Positions 12,164 to 24,049 of a DNA stretch of 64,000 nucleotides are shown here, piece by piece; the stretch's first letter is position 1, and each line of letters begins with the position of its first letter. The stretch comes from Natronospirales bacterium (GTDB lineage: Bacteria > Pseudomonadota > Gammaproteobacteria > Natronospirales > REEB76), in the NCBI GenBank assembly GCA_021792635.1, contig JAJYUH010000002.1, positions 234,313 through 298,312 on the forward strand, read 5' to 3'. The notes below the pieces were generated by a model, which was not told the DNA's origin, searched no databases, and was given only the letters and a program-made list of their open reading frames with translations. Both the position numbers and the translations under genes were made by a program.

Positions 12164-12498
12164 GGGCATTCCTCCAGAAAAGCCACAGGGGCCGGGTATG
12201 GATCCCGCCCGGCAATACGCTAGATGCAAGCCGGCCCCCCGGCCTTGACCTGGATCAGTTTTGCCGCTGATGCCGGGTAACTGCCGCCGGCAATGCACCG
12301 CGCCGGCCTTCTCGGCTGTGCCGGCCTGGCGGGGAGTGCGGCATGGCGGCGGGGCGGACGTCGGCCAGGGCCATCCTGCCGGAAGAATTCCCGGCGATGA
12401 GTGCGGTTCCGGGTTTGCCGCAGCCGCCACGCCGCCTCCGGCCTGCTGCCTATCCCTGAAATACCGGCCCTTTTCCATATCAGGTCAGTCGTTACTCA

Positions 12499-12527
12499 TT
12501 GCTCTAAGTACCGAAAATGCCTATACT
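12499..12527 (+). promoter_or_regulatory. Putative promoter of rimP-nusA-infB operon
   Basis: TTGCTC-17 nt-TATACT. Confidence 0.55.
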
Positions 12528-12577
12528 TTGTAGCGGTGACGGGAATGCGGACAGGGGCTGTCGGATTTTGCATCCAG

Positions 12578-12592
12578 CCTGCCCCCGCTACC
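12578..12592 (+). repeat. 15-bp direct repeat of tRNA-Met 3' end (attR-like)
   Basis: CCTGCCCCCGCTACC identical to 9488-9502. Confidence 0.7.
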
Positions 12593-12726
12593 TACAGTTC
12601 TTGTAGACCGGGCCCCGCGCAGGGGCTTTTTAGTGTCTGGCAGCGGTGCGCACCGCCGTCTTGAGAACCCCGGCCAGGCCGGGGTTTGTCGTCATTGGCA
12701 GCCCCGCGGGACCGCGGGGCACGCGG

Positions 12727-12750
12727 AATGGGCCTGGGGCCCATTTTTTA
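12727..12750 (+). promoter_or_regulatory. rimP leader hairpin (terminator-like)
   Basis: AATGGGCC-TGG-GGCCCATT followed by T run just upstream of rimP. Confidence 0.7.
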
Positions 12751-12769
12751 TTTGTATCGGGCGGAAACG

Positions 12770-13204
12770 ATGCGCGAGGCGCTGCTGAACATACTGGAGC
12801 CGGCCATTGAGGCCCTGGGCTATGAGGTGGTGGAGCTGGAATTCCACAGCGGCATTGTGCGGGTGTTCATAGACCGGCCGGAAGGGGTGACCCTGGACGA
12901 CTGCGAACGTGTCAGCCACCAGGTGAGCGGTTTGCTGGACGTGGAGGATCCGATTCCGGGCGCGTACACGCTGGAGGTATCTTCTCCCGGTCTCGACCGG
13001 CCGCTGCGCAAAACGGCTGATTTCGGGCGTTTCGCCGGTCAGCGTGCGCGCATCGAGCTCTCGCTGCCGCTCAACGGCCGGCGCCGTTTCTCCGGCACCC
13101 TGCGCGGTGTGGAGAGGGATGAGGTATTGATTGAAGTGGATGGCGCGCTGTTTCACCTGCCGCTTGCACAGATCGGCAAGGCACGCCTGGTGCCGGAACT
13201 CTGA
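12770..13204 (+). CDS. rimP: Ribosome maturation factor RimP
   Basis: YTLEVSSPGLDRPL. Confidence 0.95.
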   Translation: MREALLNILEPAIEALGYEVVELEFHSGIVRVFIDRPEGVTLDDCERVSHQVSGLLDVEDPIPGAYTLEVSSPGLDRPLRKTADFGRFAGQRARIELSLPLNGRRRFSGTLRGVERDEVLIEVDGALFHLPLAQIGKARLVPEL

Positions 13205-13231
13205 ATTGCATACGCATTGGACGGTAAGGTC

Positions 13232-14737
13232 ATGAACAAAGAGATATTGCTGGTGGTGGACGCCGTTTCCAACGAGAAAGGCGTGGACAAGAATGTGATT
13301 TTCGAGGCGCTGGAAGCGGCACTGGCCTCCGCCACGCGCAAGAAGCACGGCGGCGAGATAGACGCGCGCGTGGCGATTGACCGCCTGACCGGGGATTATC
13401 AGACCTTCCGCCGCTGGCTGGTGAAAGCAGATGATGAGGTGCTGGAATCGCCGGAGCGCGAAATCCGCCTCATGGACGCACTGGATGTGAAGCCGGATTC
13501 GCAGGTGGGCGACTATATCGAGGAGCCGATGGAGTCGGTGGCCTTCGGCCGCATCGCCGCACAGACCGCCAAGCAGGTCATCGTGCAGAAGGTGCGCGAG
13601 GCGGAGCGCGCACAGGTGGTGGAAGCCTACAAGGACCGCATCGGCGAACTGGTGACCGGCGTGGTGAAGCGGGTCGAGCGCGGCAACGTCTATATTGATC
13701 TCGGCAACAATGCCGAAGCCTATGTCGCCCGCGAGGAGATGATCCCGCGCGAGGCGGTGCGCACGGGCGACCGGATTCGCGGCTATCTGCGGGAAGTGCA
13801 CGCTGAGTTGCGCGGTCCGCAGTTGTTCGTCACCCGCACCGCACCGCAGTTCCTGGTTGAATTATTCAAGCTGGAAGTGCCGGAAGTGGGCCAGGGGCTC
13901 ATTGAGATCAAGGGTGCCGCCCGGGATCCGGGTGCGCGCGCCAAGGTCGCGGTGAAAAGCAATGATTCGCGCATTGACCCGGTGGGCGCCTGCGTCGGCA
14001 TGCGCGGCTCGCGCGTGCAGGCGGTATCCAACGAGCTCGCCGGCGAGCGCGTGGATATCGTGCCCTGGAATGATAATCCGGCGCAGTTCGTCATCAATGC
14101 CATGTCACCGGCGGAAGTGCAGTCCATCGTCATGGATGAGGAGTCCCACAGCATGGATATTGCCGTGAACGAGGACAACCTTTCCAAAGCCATCGGCCGC
14201 GGCGGCCAGAATGTGCGCCTCGCCAGTCAGTTGTCCGGCTGGGAACTGAATGTCATGACTGAAGCCCAGGCAACACAGAAAAGCGAGGCTGAGATGCAGA
14301 CTCTGCAGAAACAGTTCATGGAGCAGTTGGACGTGGATGCGGATGTGGCCCAAATTCTGGTGCAGGAAGGTTTTTCCAGCATCGAGGAAATCGCTTATGT
14401 GCCGGCCTCGGAACTGCTGTCCATCGAGGAATTCGATGAAGGCATCGTGGAAGAACTGCGCGGACGCGCCCGCGATGTATTGCTTACCCAGGCCATTGCC
14501 AGCGAGGAACAGTTCGGCGATACGGAACCCGCGCAGGACTTGCTGAGCATGACCGGCATGGACAAAGCGGTGGCCTACCGGCTGGCGAACCGCGGCATTA
14601 TCACCATGGAGGACCTGGCCGAACAGGCGGTGGACGACATCAAGGACATTGAGGGACTGGATGATGCCAAGGCCGCCGAACTCATCATGGCCGCGCGCGC
14701 GCCGTGGTTCGCGGGTGAAGAGGCGCAGCAGAAGTAA
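13232..14737 (+). CDS. nusA: Transcription factor NusA
   Basis: MNKEIL start, [24 protein letters not shown]. Confidence 0.97.
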   Translation: MNKEILLVVDAVSNEKGVDKNVIFEALEAALASATRKKHGGEIDARVAIDRLTGDYQTFRRWLVKADDEVLESPEREIRLMDALDVKPDSQVGDYIEEPMESVAFGRIAAQTAKQVIVQKVREAERAQVVEAYKDRIGELVTGVVKRVERGNVYIDLGNNAEAYVAREEMIPREAVRTGDRIRGYLREVHAELRGPQLFVTRTAPQFLVELFKLEVPEVGQGLIEIKGAARDPGARAKVAVKSNDSRIDPVGACVGMRGSRVQAVSNELAGERVDIVPWNDNPAQFVINAMSPAEVQSIVMDEESHSMDIAVNEDNLSKAIGRGGQNVRLASQLSGWELNVMTEAQATQKSEAEMQTLQKQFMEQLDVDADVAQILVQEGFSSIEEIAYVPASELLSIEEFDEGIVEELRGRARDVLLTQAIASEEQFGDTEPAQDLLSMTGMDKAVAYRLANRGIITMEDLAEQAVDDIKDIEGLDDAKAAELIMAARAPWFAGEEAQQK

Positions 14738-14756
14738 ACATTCGAGGAAGGCTGAC

Positions 14757-17273
14757 ATGGCGGAAGTCACTGTTAGACAGTTTGCCGAAGTGGTGGGTAC
14801 ACCGGTAGAACGCCTGCTCGCGCAGTTGGCGGAAGCCGGCATTGAGATCACTGATCCGGATATCGCCATTAGCGACGATCAGAAAATGCAACTGCTTACC
14901 CACCTGCGCCACAGTCATGGCGAAGGTGGCGCGGGCGAAACGCGCAAGATCACTCTCACACGCCGCACCGTCTCGGAAATAAAGCTGACCGGTGTGCAGG
15001 GCCGTGCCAAAACCGTGAGCATAGAGGTACGCAAGAAGCGCACCTATGTGAAACGCAGCGCGGTGATGGAAGAAGAGGCCAAACGCCGTGCCGAAGAAGA
15101 CGCGGTACTGCAGGCGGAACTGGAGCAGCAACGCGCCGAGGAAGAACGCCGTTCGGCGGATCGCGCGCAGAAGGAGGCGGCGGAGGAACAGGAACGCCGC
15201 CGTAAACAGGAAGAGGACGCACGCCGCAAGCAGGAGGAGGATGCTCATGCCCGCGCCGAGGCGGAACGCCGCCGCGCGGAAGCGGAAGCGCGCCGCCTGA
15301 CGGAAGAGGAAGACCGGCGCATGCGCGCCGCGTTACCGCGCGGCAAGGCGGTACCGGGCGCTGCGGCGGGCATGGATGACAAGCATACGCGCTACGGCCG
15401 CGCCGAATTGCATGTCGGCCATGAACTGTCCAGCAAGCGCAAGAAGAAGCCGGCCAAGACCAGAGGCGCTGTCAGCGTCCAGGTCGAAGCCAAGCACGGT
15501 TTCGAGAAGCCGGTGGCACCCCAGATACGCGAAGTGCCCATCCCCGAGACCATTACCGTAGGAGAACTGGCTCAACGCATGGCTGTGAAAGCCACCGAAG
15601 TGATCAAGGTGATGATGAACATGGGCGCCATGGCCACCATCAATCAGGTCATAGACCAGGAAACGGCCGCCATCGTGGTGGACGAGATGGGCCACACGGC
15701 GAAATTCCTCAAAGAAAACGACTTGGAAGAGCAGGTGATGCAGGTAGCCCACGAAGGCGAGGAAATTCCACGCCCTCCGGTGGTCACCATCGTAGGCCAT
15801 GTGGATCATGGCAAGACTTCACTGCTGGACTACATCCGCAGTACCCGCGTGGCGGCGCGTGAAGCCGGCGGCATTACCCAGCATATCGGCGCGTATCGCG
15901 TGGAAACCAAGAAAGGCGTCATCACTTTCCTGGATACCCCGGGCCATGCGGCTTTCACCGCCATGCGCGCCCGCGGCGCCAACGTGGCGGACATCGTGGT
16001 ACTGGTGGTGGCGGCGGATGACGGCGTGATGCCGCAGACACTGGAAGCCATCCAGCATGCACGCGCTGCGGAAGTTCCCATCGTGGTGGCGATCACCAAG
16101 ATTGACAAGCCGGAAGCGGACGTGGAACGGGTACGCAGCGGACTTTCACAACACGAAATCATTTCCGAGGAATGGGGCGGTACGAATATCTTCGTGCAGG
16201 TGTCCTCCAAGACCGGCCAGGGCGTGGATGTGCTGCTGGATTCCATTCTGGTACAGGCGGAGGTGCTGGAACTCAAGGCCGTGGCCAGCGGCGCGGCGGC
16301 GGGTTATGTGCTGGAATCCAGCCTGGAGAGGGGCCGCGGCCCGGTGGCCACCGTGCTGGTGCAGCGCGGCTTGCTCAAGGCCGGCGACATATTGTTGGCG
16401 GGCCAGGAGTTCGGACGTGTGCGTGCCATGTTCGACGAGGACGGCAATCGCATCGAGGAAGCCGGCCCCTCCATGCCGGCGATGGTGCTGGGACTTTCCA
16501 GCACCCCCAATGCCGGCGATGAAGTAATCGTGGTGCCTGACGAACGCAGGGCACGCGAAGTGGCGCTGTATCGCCAGGGCAAGTTCCGTGACGTGAAGCT
16601 GGCGCGCACCCAGGCCACCAAGCTGGACGATGTCTTCCAGCAACTGCAGGAAGACGAACAAAAAGGCATCAATCTGCTCATCAAGTCCGACGTGCAGGGC
16701 AGCGCCGAGGCGTTGCGCGATGCGCTGACCGGCCTGTCCACGGACGAAGTGAAGGTGAAGGCCATCGGCAGCAGCGTCGGCGGCATCACCGAGTCCGACG
16801 TCAATCTGGCGCTGGCATCCAAAGCGGTCATCATCGGCTTCAATGTGCGCGCCGACAGCGGTGCGCGCCGCATGATCAGCGAGTCCGGCCTGGATGTGCG
16901 CTACTACGGCATTATCTACGAAGCCATTGATGACGTGAAGAAGGCCATCGGCGGCATGCTCAAACCGGAGCTGCGCGAAACGATCGTCGGCCTGGCCGAG
17001 GTGCGCGATGTATTCCGCTCCTCGAAGCTCGGCGCCATCGCCGGTTGTCTGGTGGTGGACGGTTACGTCAAGCGCAATCTGCCTATCCGCGTGCTGCGCA
17101 ATAACGTGGTGATCTTCGAGGGTGCACTCGAATCCCTGCGGCGCTTCAAGGATGACGTCAATGAAGTGCGCGCCGGCACCGAATGTGGCATCGGTGTGAA
17201 GGACTATAATGACGTGCAGCCCGGTGACCAGATCGAGTGCTACGAACGTGTCGAAGTAGCGCGGACCCTGTGA
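14757..17273 (+). CDS. infB: Translation initiation factor IF-2
   Basis: [28 protein letters not shown]. Confidence 0.98.
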   Translation: MAEVTVRQFAEVVGTPVERLLAQLAEAGIEITDPDIAISDDQKMQLLTHLRHSHGEGGAGETRKITLTRRTVSEIKLTGVQGRAKTVSIEVRKKRTYVKRSAVMEEEAKRRAEEDAVLQAELEQQRAEEERRSADRAQKEAAEEQERRRKQEEDARRKQEEDAHARAEAERRRAEAEARRLTEEEDRRMRAALPRGKAVPGAAAGMDDKHTRYGRAELHVGHELSSKRKKKPAKTRGAVSVQVEAKHGFEKPVAPQIREVPIPETITVGELAQRMAVKATEVIKVMMNMGAMATINQVIDQETAAIVVDEMGHTAKFLKENDLEEQVMQVAHEGEEIPRPPVVTIVGHVDHGKTSLLDYIRSTRVAAREAGGITQHIGAYRVETKKGVITFLDTPGHAAFTAMRARGANVADIVVLVVAADDGVMPQTLEAIQHARAAEVPIVVAITKIDKPEADVERVRSGLSQHEIISEEWGGTNIFVQVSSKTGQGVDVLLDSILVQAEVLELKAVASGAAAGYVLESSLERGRGPVATVLVQRGLLKAGDILLAGQEFGRVRAMFDEDGNRIEEAGPSMPAMVLGLSSTPNAGDEVIVVPDERRAREVALYRQGKFRDVKLARTQATKLDDVFQQLQEDEQKGINLLIKSDVQGSAEALRDALTGLSTDEVKVKAIGSSVGGITESDVNLALASKAVIIGFNVRADSGARRMISESGLDVRYYGIIYEAIDDVKKAIGGMLKPELRETIVGLAEVRDVFRSSKLGAIAGCLVVDGYVKRNLPIRVLRNNVVIFEGALESLRRFKDDVNEVRAGTECGIGVKDYNDVQPGDQIECYERVEVARTL

Positions 17274-17285
17274 GGCGTAACGTCC

Positions 17286-17663
17286 GTGCCGCGTGAATAC
17301 GAACGCTCCAGCCGCATTGCCGGGCAATTGCAGCGCGAACTGTCGGAGCTGATCCGCAGGCAGGTGAAAGACCCGCGCGTACACGGGGTTACCGTCACCC
17401 GCGTGGAAGTGTCGCACGACCTGTCTCATGCCAAGGTTCTGGTGTCGGTTCTGGGAGCGGATGCGCCCCAGCCGGAGGTAACCGCAGCACTGAATCATGC
17501 CGCGGGTTTTCTGCGCCATGCTTTGGGCCGCATGCTGAAACTGCGCGGCGTTCCCGAGCTGCGTTTTCAGTATGACGAAACCCTGGACCGGGCCGCGCAC
17601 CTCAGCGCTTTAATCGCCAAGGCCAACGTCCCCACGCATGACGACGGGGACCCATCCGCGTGA
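17286..17663 (+). CDS. rbfA: Ribosome-binding factor A
   Basis: KDPRV...[10 protein letters not shown]...PELRFQYD; synteny. Confidence 0.95.
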   Translation: MPREYERSSRIAGQLQRELSELIRRQVKDPRVHGVTVTRVEVSHDLSHAKVLVSVLGADAPQPEVTAALNHAAGFLRHALGRMLKLRGVPELRFQYDETLDRAAHLSALIAKANVPTHDDGDPSA

Positions 17664-18640
17664 TGCCGGCGCCGGTTCCGGGTAACCCTGCGGCCCCGGC
17701 ATCCGCGCCGGGCAAGGTCAGGATTCCGCGCCGCGACGTGCATGGCGTGCTATTGTTGGACAAGCCTGTAGGCATGACTTCCAACCAGGCGCTGCAGGCG
17801 GTCAAACGCCTGTTCCAGGCCCGCAAAGCAGGTCACACCGGCAGCCTGGATCCCCTGGCCAGCGGCTTATTGCCGCTGTGTTTCGGCGAGGCCACCAAGA
17901 TGTCGGCGTTCCTGCTGGACGCGGACAAGGAATACGCGGTCACCTGCCGTCTCGGCGTGCGCACACGGACAGCGGATGCGGAAGGCGAGGTCATCGAGAT
18001 CCGGCCGGTACCCGCACTCACCGCCGCGCGCATCGAGGCGGCGCTTGCGGGTTTCCGCGGCGGAATTCAGCAGATACCGCCCATGTATTCCGCACTGAAG
18101 CATCGCGGACAGCGGCTGTATGACCTGGCGCGCGATGGTATCGAAGTGCCGCGCGCAGCGCGGCCGGTCACGATTCACGAATTAAAGCTCGTGGCGATGA
18201 CGCCGGACGCTTTGGAACTCCAGGTGCGCTGTTCCAAGGGCACCTACGTGCGCACGCTGGTGGAGGACATTGCCGCGGCACTTGGCAGCGTCGCTCATGT
18301 ACGGGCCCTGCGGCGCCTGGCGGTGGGTCCGTACGGGACCGATCTGCCGATGCACGCACTGGATGCCCTGTGCGCGCAAGCGGATGCTGGCACGCCGCTG
18401 GACGGACTGCTGCTGCCGGTGGACAGCGCGGTGGCCCACTGGGCGGCGGTGAGCCTGGGCACGGATGCCGCCTGGTATTTCCTCAAGGGCCAGGCGGTCA
18501 TGGTGTCCGGCGCACCCACGGCCGGCTGGGTCCGGACTTATGCGGAAGGGCGCTTCCTGGGCCTTGCGGAAGTGCTCGACGACGGTCGCGTAACCCCGAG
18601 ACGTCTGGTCAATCTGGGCGGGAAATCCGTTGGATACTGA
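17663..18640 (+). CDS. truB: tRNA pseudouridine-55 synthase
   Basis: [26 protein letters not shown]. Confidence 0.96.
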   Translation: MPAPVPGNPAAPASAPGKVRIPRRDVHGVLLLDKPVGMTSNQALQAVKRLFQARKAGHTGSLDPLASGLLPLCFGEATKMSAFLLDADKEYAVTCRLGVRTRTADAEGEVIEIRPVPALTAARIEAALAGFRGGIQQIPPMYSALKHRGQRLYDLARDGIEVPRAARPVTIHELKLVAMTPDALELQVRCSKGTYVRTLVEDIAAALGSVAHVRALRRLAVGPYGTDLPMHALDALCAQADAGTPLDGLLLPVDSAVAHWAAVSLGTDAAWYFLKGQAVMVSGAPTAGWVRTYAEGRFLGLAEVLDDGRVTPRRLVNLGGKSVGY

Positions 18641-18734
18641 TTTTATTGGCTTTTTACTTGTTCAGACCCGGCTGCGCGGCTAGAATACGCGGCTGATTTC
18701 ACAGACATCGGAAAACATCTGGAGCTGAGTGCAT

Positions 18735-19004
18735 ATGGCTTTTACCGCCGAGAAGAAACAGGAAATTATCACCGCCTACCGACGCGATCCCAAGGATACC
18801 GGCTCACCGGAAGTGCAGGTGGCGCTGCTCTCCGCCCGCATCGAGGGTCTGGGCGGGCATTTCACCCAACATACACAGGACCACCATTCCCGTCGCGGGC
18901 TGCTCAAGATGGTAAACCAGCGCCGCAAGCTGCTGGATTACCTCAAGAACACGGACCAGGCGCGCTATGAGGCTCTGATTGAACGTCTCGGCTTGCGCCG
19001 CTGA
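18735..19004 (+). CDS. rpsO: 30S ribosomal protein S15
   Basis: [20 protein letters not shown]; 89 aa. Confidence 0.98.
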   Translation: MAFTAEKKQEIITAYRRDPKDTGSPEVQVALLSARIEGLGGHFTQHTQDHHSRRGLLKMVNQRRKLLDYLKNTDQARYEALIERLGLRR

Positions 19005-19060
19005 TAATCCCCACATTCCGGTTCTTACATCTTCAGAACGCAGCACACGAAGGGCTTAAC

Positions 19061-21148
19061 GTGACAGTATCCAAGAAAAGTTTTCAGTACGGTGAACACC
19101 GCGTCACGCTGGAGACGGGCGAGATCGCCCGCCAGGCGGACGGCGCGGTATTGGTGAACATGGCGGATACGGTGGTGCTGGTGACCGCCGTGGGCGCGAA
19201 GACGGCGGCGGAGGGCAGAGATTTCTTCCCGCTCACCGTCAATTACCAGGAGAAGACCTACGCCGCGGGCAAAATTCCCGGCGGCTTCTTCAAGCGGGAG
19301 GGGCGTCCCAGCGAAAAAGAAACCCTCACTTCCCGCCTTATTGACCGCCCCCTGCGTCCGCTCTTTCCCAAAGGTTTTTACAACGAAGTCCAGGTCGTCG
19401 CCACGGTGATTTCCGTGAACCCCGACGTGGATCCGGATGTGCCTTCCCTCATCGGCGCCTCCGCGGCGCTGGCCCTCTCGGGCATGCCGTTCATGGGCCC
19501 CATCGGCGCCGCGCGCGTGGGCTATCTCAACGGTCAGTATCTGCTGAACCCCACCAAGACGCAGCTCGACAGTTCCGCGCTGGATCTGGTGGTGGCAGGC
19601 ACCGAGAAAGCCGTGCTCATGGTGGAATCCGAAGCGGATTGCCTGCCGGAAGAGGTGATGCTGGGCGCCGTGATGTTCGGCCACGAACAGTTGCAAACCG
19701 CCATCCAGGTCATCAGGGAATTCGCCCGGGAAGCCGGCAAGCCGGCTTGGGACTGGAAGCCGGCGGAAAAGGACCAGGATCTGGCCGACGCAGTTGCGGC
19801 GGAAGCCGAGAAGGCATTGCGCGAGGCTTACCAGATCGCCGAGAAGCAGGCCCGCGTCAATCGCATCGAGGAGATTCATGCCGCGCTGCTGGCGAAACTC
19901 TCCGGTGGCGAGCAACCGCAATGGTCCGAACATCAGGCGGGTAACGCGTTCATGGACCTGGAGAAGAAGATCGTGCGCGGCCGCATCACCGAGGGCAAGC
20001 CGCGCATAGACGGCCGCGACACCAGGAGCGTACGCCCCATCACCGTCAAGGTGGGTGTGCTGCCGCGCACCCACGGCTCGGCGCTGTTCACCCGCGGTGA
20101 AACCCAGGCACTGGTAGTCACCACACTGGGTACCGGCCGGGACGCGCAGATCATTGACGCCATCGAAGGCGAGCGCAAGGAACCGTTCATGCTGCATTAC
20201 AACTTCCCGCCGTACTCGGTGGGCGAGGTGGGCATGATGGGCTCACCCAAGCGACGCGAAATCGGTCACGGCCGCCTCGCCAAGCGCGGCATCCAGGCGG
20301 TGATGCCCGACATGGCCGCCTACCCCTACGTGATCCGTGTGGTCTCCGAGATCACCGAATCCAACGGCTCCAGCTCCATGGCTTCGGTGTGCGGCACCAG
20401 CCTGTCGCTCATGGACGCCGGCGTGCCCCTGAAGGCGCCGGTGGCGGGCGTGGCCATGGGCCTCATCAAGGAAGGCGACAAATTCGCCGTGCTCACGGAC
20501 ATCCTCGGCGATGAGGATCACCTGGGCGACATGGACTTCAAGGTGGCCGGCACCGCTCAGGGCATTACCGCGCTGCAGATGGACATCAAGATTGACGGCA
20601 TTACCCGCGAGATCATGCAGGCAGCCCTGGCCCAGGCCCATGACGGCCGGCTGCACATTCTCGACAAGATGAACGCGGTCATCGCCAAGCCGCGCGCGGA
20701 AATGTCCGAATGGGCGCCGCGCATCATCACCATGAAGATCAATCCGGAGAAGATCCGCGACGTGATCGGCAAGGGCGGTTCGGTCATCCGCGCCCTCACC
20801 GAGGAAACCGGTACCTCCATTGACATCGAGGACGACGGCACCGTGAAGATCGCCTCGGTGGACAAGAGCGCCGGTGAAGCCGCGCGCAAACGCATAGAGG
20901 ACATCACCGCCGACGTGGAAGTGGGCCGTATTTATGAAGGCAAGGTCGTTAAACTTATGGACTTCGGTGCCTTCGTTGCCATCCTGCCGGGTCGTGACGG
21001 CCTGGTGCATATCTCCCAGATCTCCGATGAGCGCGTCGAAAAGGTAAGTGACAAGCTCACCGAGGGCGATATGATACGGGTCAAGGTGCTGGAAGTGGAC
21101 AAGCAAGGCCGTATCCGGCTGAGCATGAAGGCGGTGGACGCCGCCTGA
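19061..21148 (+). CDS. pnp: Polyribonucleotide nucleotidyltransferase
   Basis: [37 protein letters not shown] and S1 domains. Confidence 0.98.
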   Translation: MTVSKKSFQYGEHRVTLETGEIARQADGAVLVNMADTVVLVTAVGAKTAAEGRDFFPLTVNYQEKTYAAGKIPGGFFKREGRPSEKETLTSRLIDRPLRPLFPKGFYNEVQVVATVISVNPDVDPDVPSLIGASAALALSGMPFMGPIGAARVGYLNGQYLLNPTKTQLDSSALDLVVAGTEKAVLMVESEADCLPEEVMLGAVMFGHEQLQTAIQVIREFAREAGKPAWDWKPAEKDQDLADAVAAEAEKALREAYQIAEKQARVNRIEEIHAALLAKLSGGEQPQWSEHQAGNAFMDLEKKIVRGRITEGKPRIDGRDTRSVRPITVKVGVLPRTHGSALFTRGETQALVVTTLGTGRDAQIIDAIEGERKEPFMLHYNFPPYSVGEVGMMGSPKRREIGHGRLAKRGIQAVMPDMAAYPYVIRVVSEITESNGSSSMASVCGTSLSLMDAGVPLKAPVAGVAMGLIKEGDKFAVLTDILGDEDHLGDMDFKVAGTAQGITALQMDIKIDGITREIMQAALAQAHDGRLHILDKMNAVIAKPRAEMSEWAPRIITMKINPEKIRDVIGKGGSVIRALTEETGTSIDIEDDGTVKIASVDKSAGEAARKRIEDITADVEVGRIYEGKVVKLMDFGAFVAILPGRDGLVHISQISDERVEKVSDKLTEGDMIRVKVLEVDKQGRIRLSMKAVDAA

Positions 21149-21175
21149 TGATCGTCCGGGGTGAAGAATAACAAG

Positions 21176-21196
21176 AGAGGGCCGCAAGGCCCTCTT
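21176..21196 (+). terminator. pnp terminator hairpin lacking a U-tract
   Basis: AGAGGGCC-GCAA-GGCCCTCT, running directly into the HTH remnant. Confidence 0.65.
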
Positions 21197-21467
21197 CGCG
21201 GATACCGGCGAGCGAAAGCTGCGCGTGCAACTGGCGATGCGGCTCATTGATCTGGTCAGGAAACGCGGTTTGACGCAGGCGCAGGCGGCAGAAGTTTTCG
21301 TGATTTCACAGCCGCACGTTTCCGAGCTGGCGCATTTCAAACTCAACCGCTTTTCATCCGAACGGCTGCTCAAATTCCTGACGCTGTTCGACCGCGATGT
21401 GGAAATCGTCATTCGCCCGAAGGCCAAGGGTCGTCATGTCGGTCTGGTCTCGGTGACGGGTACATAA
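21195..21467 (+). pseudogene. 5'-truncated XRE/HTH antitoxin, near-duplicate of 24093-24365
   Basis: FADTGERKLRVQLAMRL...LVSVTGT colinear over 273 bp with the intact copy; first 20 codons missing. Confidence 0.85.
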
Positions 21468-21827
21468 GCGACCGGAAACTGGTTCGCAAGGAGCGGTGGG
21501 TTCCACCGCGATGCTTTAGGATTCAAGATCACGACCTGCGAGGATCGCTCCACAAGTAAAACATCCCGTAGAAGCGGCCGGCCCGGGCGCGATGATCTTT
21601 GGATTCTGGATCGCGACCTGGAGGATTGCTGCTACAAATAGGCGGGATGCCGGGACCAGCCCGGCCGCGATCACTTCGCGGCGGGTATCGCCGCTCACAC
21701 AAGGAGGATGTTGTGGGAGTGACGTTCTGCACCGTGATTCTCCGCCCTCGTGGGACCGGCCACTCGACGACAGCCCTGCATCTATCCATAATCGGGTTGG
21801 CAACCATCGTCATAGAGGGGGTGTGAT

Positions 21828-22619
21828 ATGTGGAAGCTGTTCGTCTTGGGTGCAATCAGCTGTGCAGTGCTCGCGGGTTGCGCCGCCGTCACGCCCATCC
21901 AGCAGGACCAGCCGCTCCTGCTCCCGGCCGGCGATGGGGTTGCCGCGGTGCAATTCAATGCGCTGGATCACCTTACCCAGGTCCAGATCGTATCCGCGCA
22001 ATCCGGCGGCGAGACCCTGGAAATTCCCAGCGTCCCGGTGGGGAAAAGCACCTTCCTGTTCGAGGTTCCGGCGGGCCGCTATTGCCTGCAACGTTTCTAT
22101 GTCGGTCGCGTGTTCATCTACCGCAAATTCCAGTTTGGGGACTGCTTCGTGGTGCCGGCCGGGGCGCTGGGCTTCAGCGGCATCTACTCCCCGCGCGCGA
22201 AGCACGGACAGATTGTCACCGGCCAGGATCTGGACGTGGCCAAGGAAAGTGTGGAACTGAAGCGGGACTATCCGCGCATTGCGGCGCAGTTCCTGCAGCC
22301 GGCACCTGCGCCCGTGGCTGCGGAAGCGCCAACGCCAATGACGCCGCCACCCGCCGGCAACGGCCAGGTGTCCACCTGGATCCAGCACCATAAGAACCCG
22401 CTGGAAGATTCCGTGTACGTGCGCAATAACACCCGGTGGCCGCTGGTGATCTATCTGTTCGATCTGTACGATTGCGCCAACATCAAGCCGGCGTGCACGA
22501 TCACCCATCCCGATTTCAAACTCGCGCCCCATCAGACCCGGATGATCATGCAAATCGCGCCGGCGGATCCGCAGGGTGCGTATGCTTTTTACTACCGGTT
22601 CTCCTACCGATTCCAGTGA
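21828..22619 (+). CDS. Hypothetical two-domain lipoprotein
   Basis: Signal peptide with LAGC lipobox, Pro-rich linker, AGAGGGG RBS. Confidence 0.8.
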   Translation: MWKLFVLGAISCAVLAGCAAVTPIQQDQPLLLPAGDGVAAVQFNALDHLTQVQIVSAQSGGETLEIPSVPVGKSTFLFEVPAGRYCLQRFYVGRVFIYRKFQFGDCFVVPAGALGFSGIYSPRAKHGQIVTGQDLDVAKESVELKRDYPRIAAQFLQPAPAPVAAEAPTPMTPPPAGNGQVSTWIQHHKNPLEDSVYVRNNTRWPLVIYLFDLYDCANIKPACTITHPDFKLAPHQTRMIMQIAPADPQGAYAFYYRFSYRFQ

Positions 22620-22646
22620 GCCGTCACCCTTTAGCCGGCTGATCCA

Positions 22647-22810
22647 CCGCCAGCGGGGATGGAACCGGTTTTTCATGGGCGTATTATGACCATTGCCACC
22701 AGGGACCGGGGGCCAAGAAATTCTGGCCATGAAAACAAAGGGCTGCCGTGGTCCCAGCCAATCCCGAAGCCGAAGCGCGTGAATCCATTGACCGGCTGCT
22801 TAAATCGGCG
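22647..22810 (+). repeat. hsdR leader/start repeat, copy A
   Basis: Colinear with 24473-24636; GTG 22748 gives VVPANPEAEARESIDRLLKSA. Confidence 0.85.
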
Positions 22811-22925
22811 GACCGCTACGTGGAACCGAATGTCGGCCCGCCGGCGGCAATGCCGGCAAGCGCCCGCCGGTCGCATACGCTCCATGTATTGACAATGTAA
22901 ATACTGACAGGGATACTGAGCCTGC

Positions 22926-23219
22926 ATGGACGTGCACCACCACATCGGCGGCAACGACTTCGTGTGGGATGCCGCCAAGGCGGCCGGCACCTGGCGCCGG
23001 CGCGGCATCCGTTTCGAGGACGCGGCCACGGTATTCATGGATCCGCTGCTGGTGCTCACCGATGCCTCGCGCCACGACGAAGCGCGTGATGCGGTGATTG
23101 GTTTCGACCGGTTGGGCCGCTTGCTGTACGTGGTGCATGTTGAGTTCGAGGACCACTACATACGCATCATTTCGGCGCGTCCCGCCGAACCTCACGAGGA
23201 GGCCTTGTATGCTCAATGA
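22926..23219 (+). CDS. BrnT-family toxin
   Basis: FVWDAAKA...GIRFEDAATVF...IRIISARPA; TTGACA-17-GATACT upstream. Confidence 0.85.
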   Translation: MDVHHHIGGNDFVWDAAKAAGTWRRRGIRFEDAATVFMDPLLVLTDASRHDEARDAVIGFDRLGRLLYVVHVEFEDHYIRIISARPAEPHEEALYAQ

Positions 23220-23490
23220 AACCTTGAAGAAACGTCTCAGCCGCGACCGGCCGGTCACCAGCATCACCTTGCGCATTCCGGTGGACGTGGTGGACAGCCT
23301 GAAGGCGATTGCTCCGCACAAGGGGCTCAGCGGTTACCAGACGCTGCTGAAGTCCTATATCAGTGAAGGCTTGCGCCGCGACCAGGCAAGGTACAGCGCG
23401 GACGCGGTTGAGCGGCTGACGCGCGCGCTCAAAAAGCGGGGCGTTTCCGACAAAGTGCTGGGCGCGGCTCTGCGCGAGGCCGGGGATTGA
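23209..23490 (+). CDS. BrnA/CopG-like RHH antitoxin
   Basis: SITLRIPVDVVDSLKAIA...GYQTLLKSYI; overlaps toxin. Confidence 0.8.
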   Translation: MLNETLKKRLSRDRPVTSITLRIPVDVVDSLKAIAPHKGLSGYQTLLKSYISEGLRRDQARYSADAVERLTRALKKRGVSDKVLGAALREAGD

Positions 23491-23667
23491 AGCCATGCTG
23501 AGTGGCAAGAAATACAGCTATATCCCGGACAAATCTTGCCACTGGGAAACCCGGACCGCGTCCAAGGGCAAGGACGGCAAGCCCGACCACGATGCAGCCA
23601 TGACCGGCATGATTGATGTGCGCGGCGGAGCCGCCCGCGCCAACATCCCGAATACGGTATAATCGCC

Positions 23668-24049
23668 ATGGCCCGGACCGATGCGCCGCGCGAAAAGCCG
23701 TTGCACTGGGTAGTGCGCGGCAAAGAAGGATTTGCTGGCGTTTCCGGAGGCGGTGGTGGACGATTTCGGTTATGCGCTCGGTGTGGTGCAACAGGGCGGG
23801 AAGCCGCCATCCGCCAAGCCTTGGAAAGGCGAAGGACCGGGTGTTTTCGAGCTGGTGGAGGATGCGCGTGGCGACACGTATCGGGTGGTCTATACGGTGC
23901 GTTACGAGAAGGTGGTTTATGTATTGCATTGCTTTCAGAAGAAGTCTCCCTCCGGGGTGCGGACGGCGCGAAGTGATGTCGAATTGATTCGCGAACGCCT
24001 GAAGGCAGCGCGGACGGATTACAAGGTGCGCTATGCGAAAAAAACCTGA
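23668..24049 (+). pseudogene. RelE/Gp49-like toxin, frameshifted near 23713
   Basis: MARTDAPREKPLHWV in one frame continues as AAKKDLLAFPEAV...YVLHCFQKKS in the +1 frame. Confidence 0.82.

Noticed and set aside
15070-15330. Repetitive Glu/Arg/Ala-coding stretch
   Set aside because: Normal low-complexity linker of IF-2
21516-21855. Short ORFs between the HTH remnant and the lipoprotein gene
   Set aside because: No recognisable motif or RBS; cannot be supported as genes
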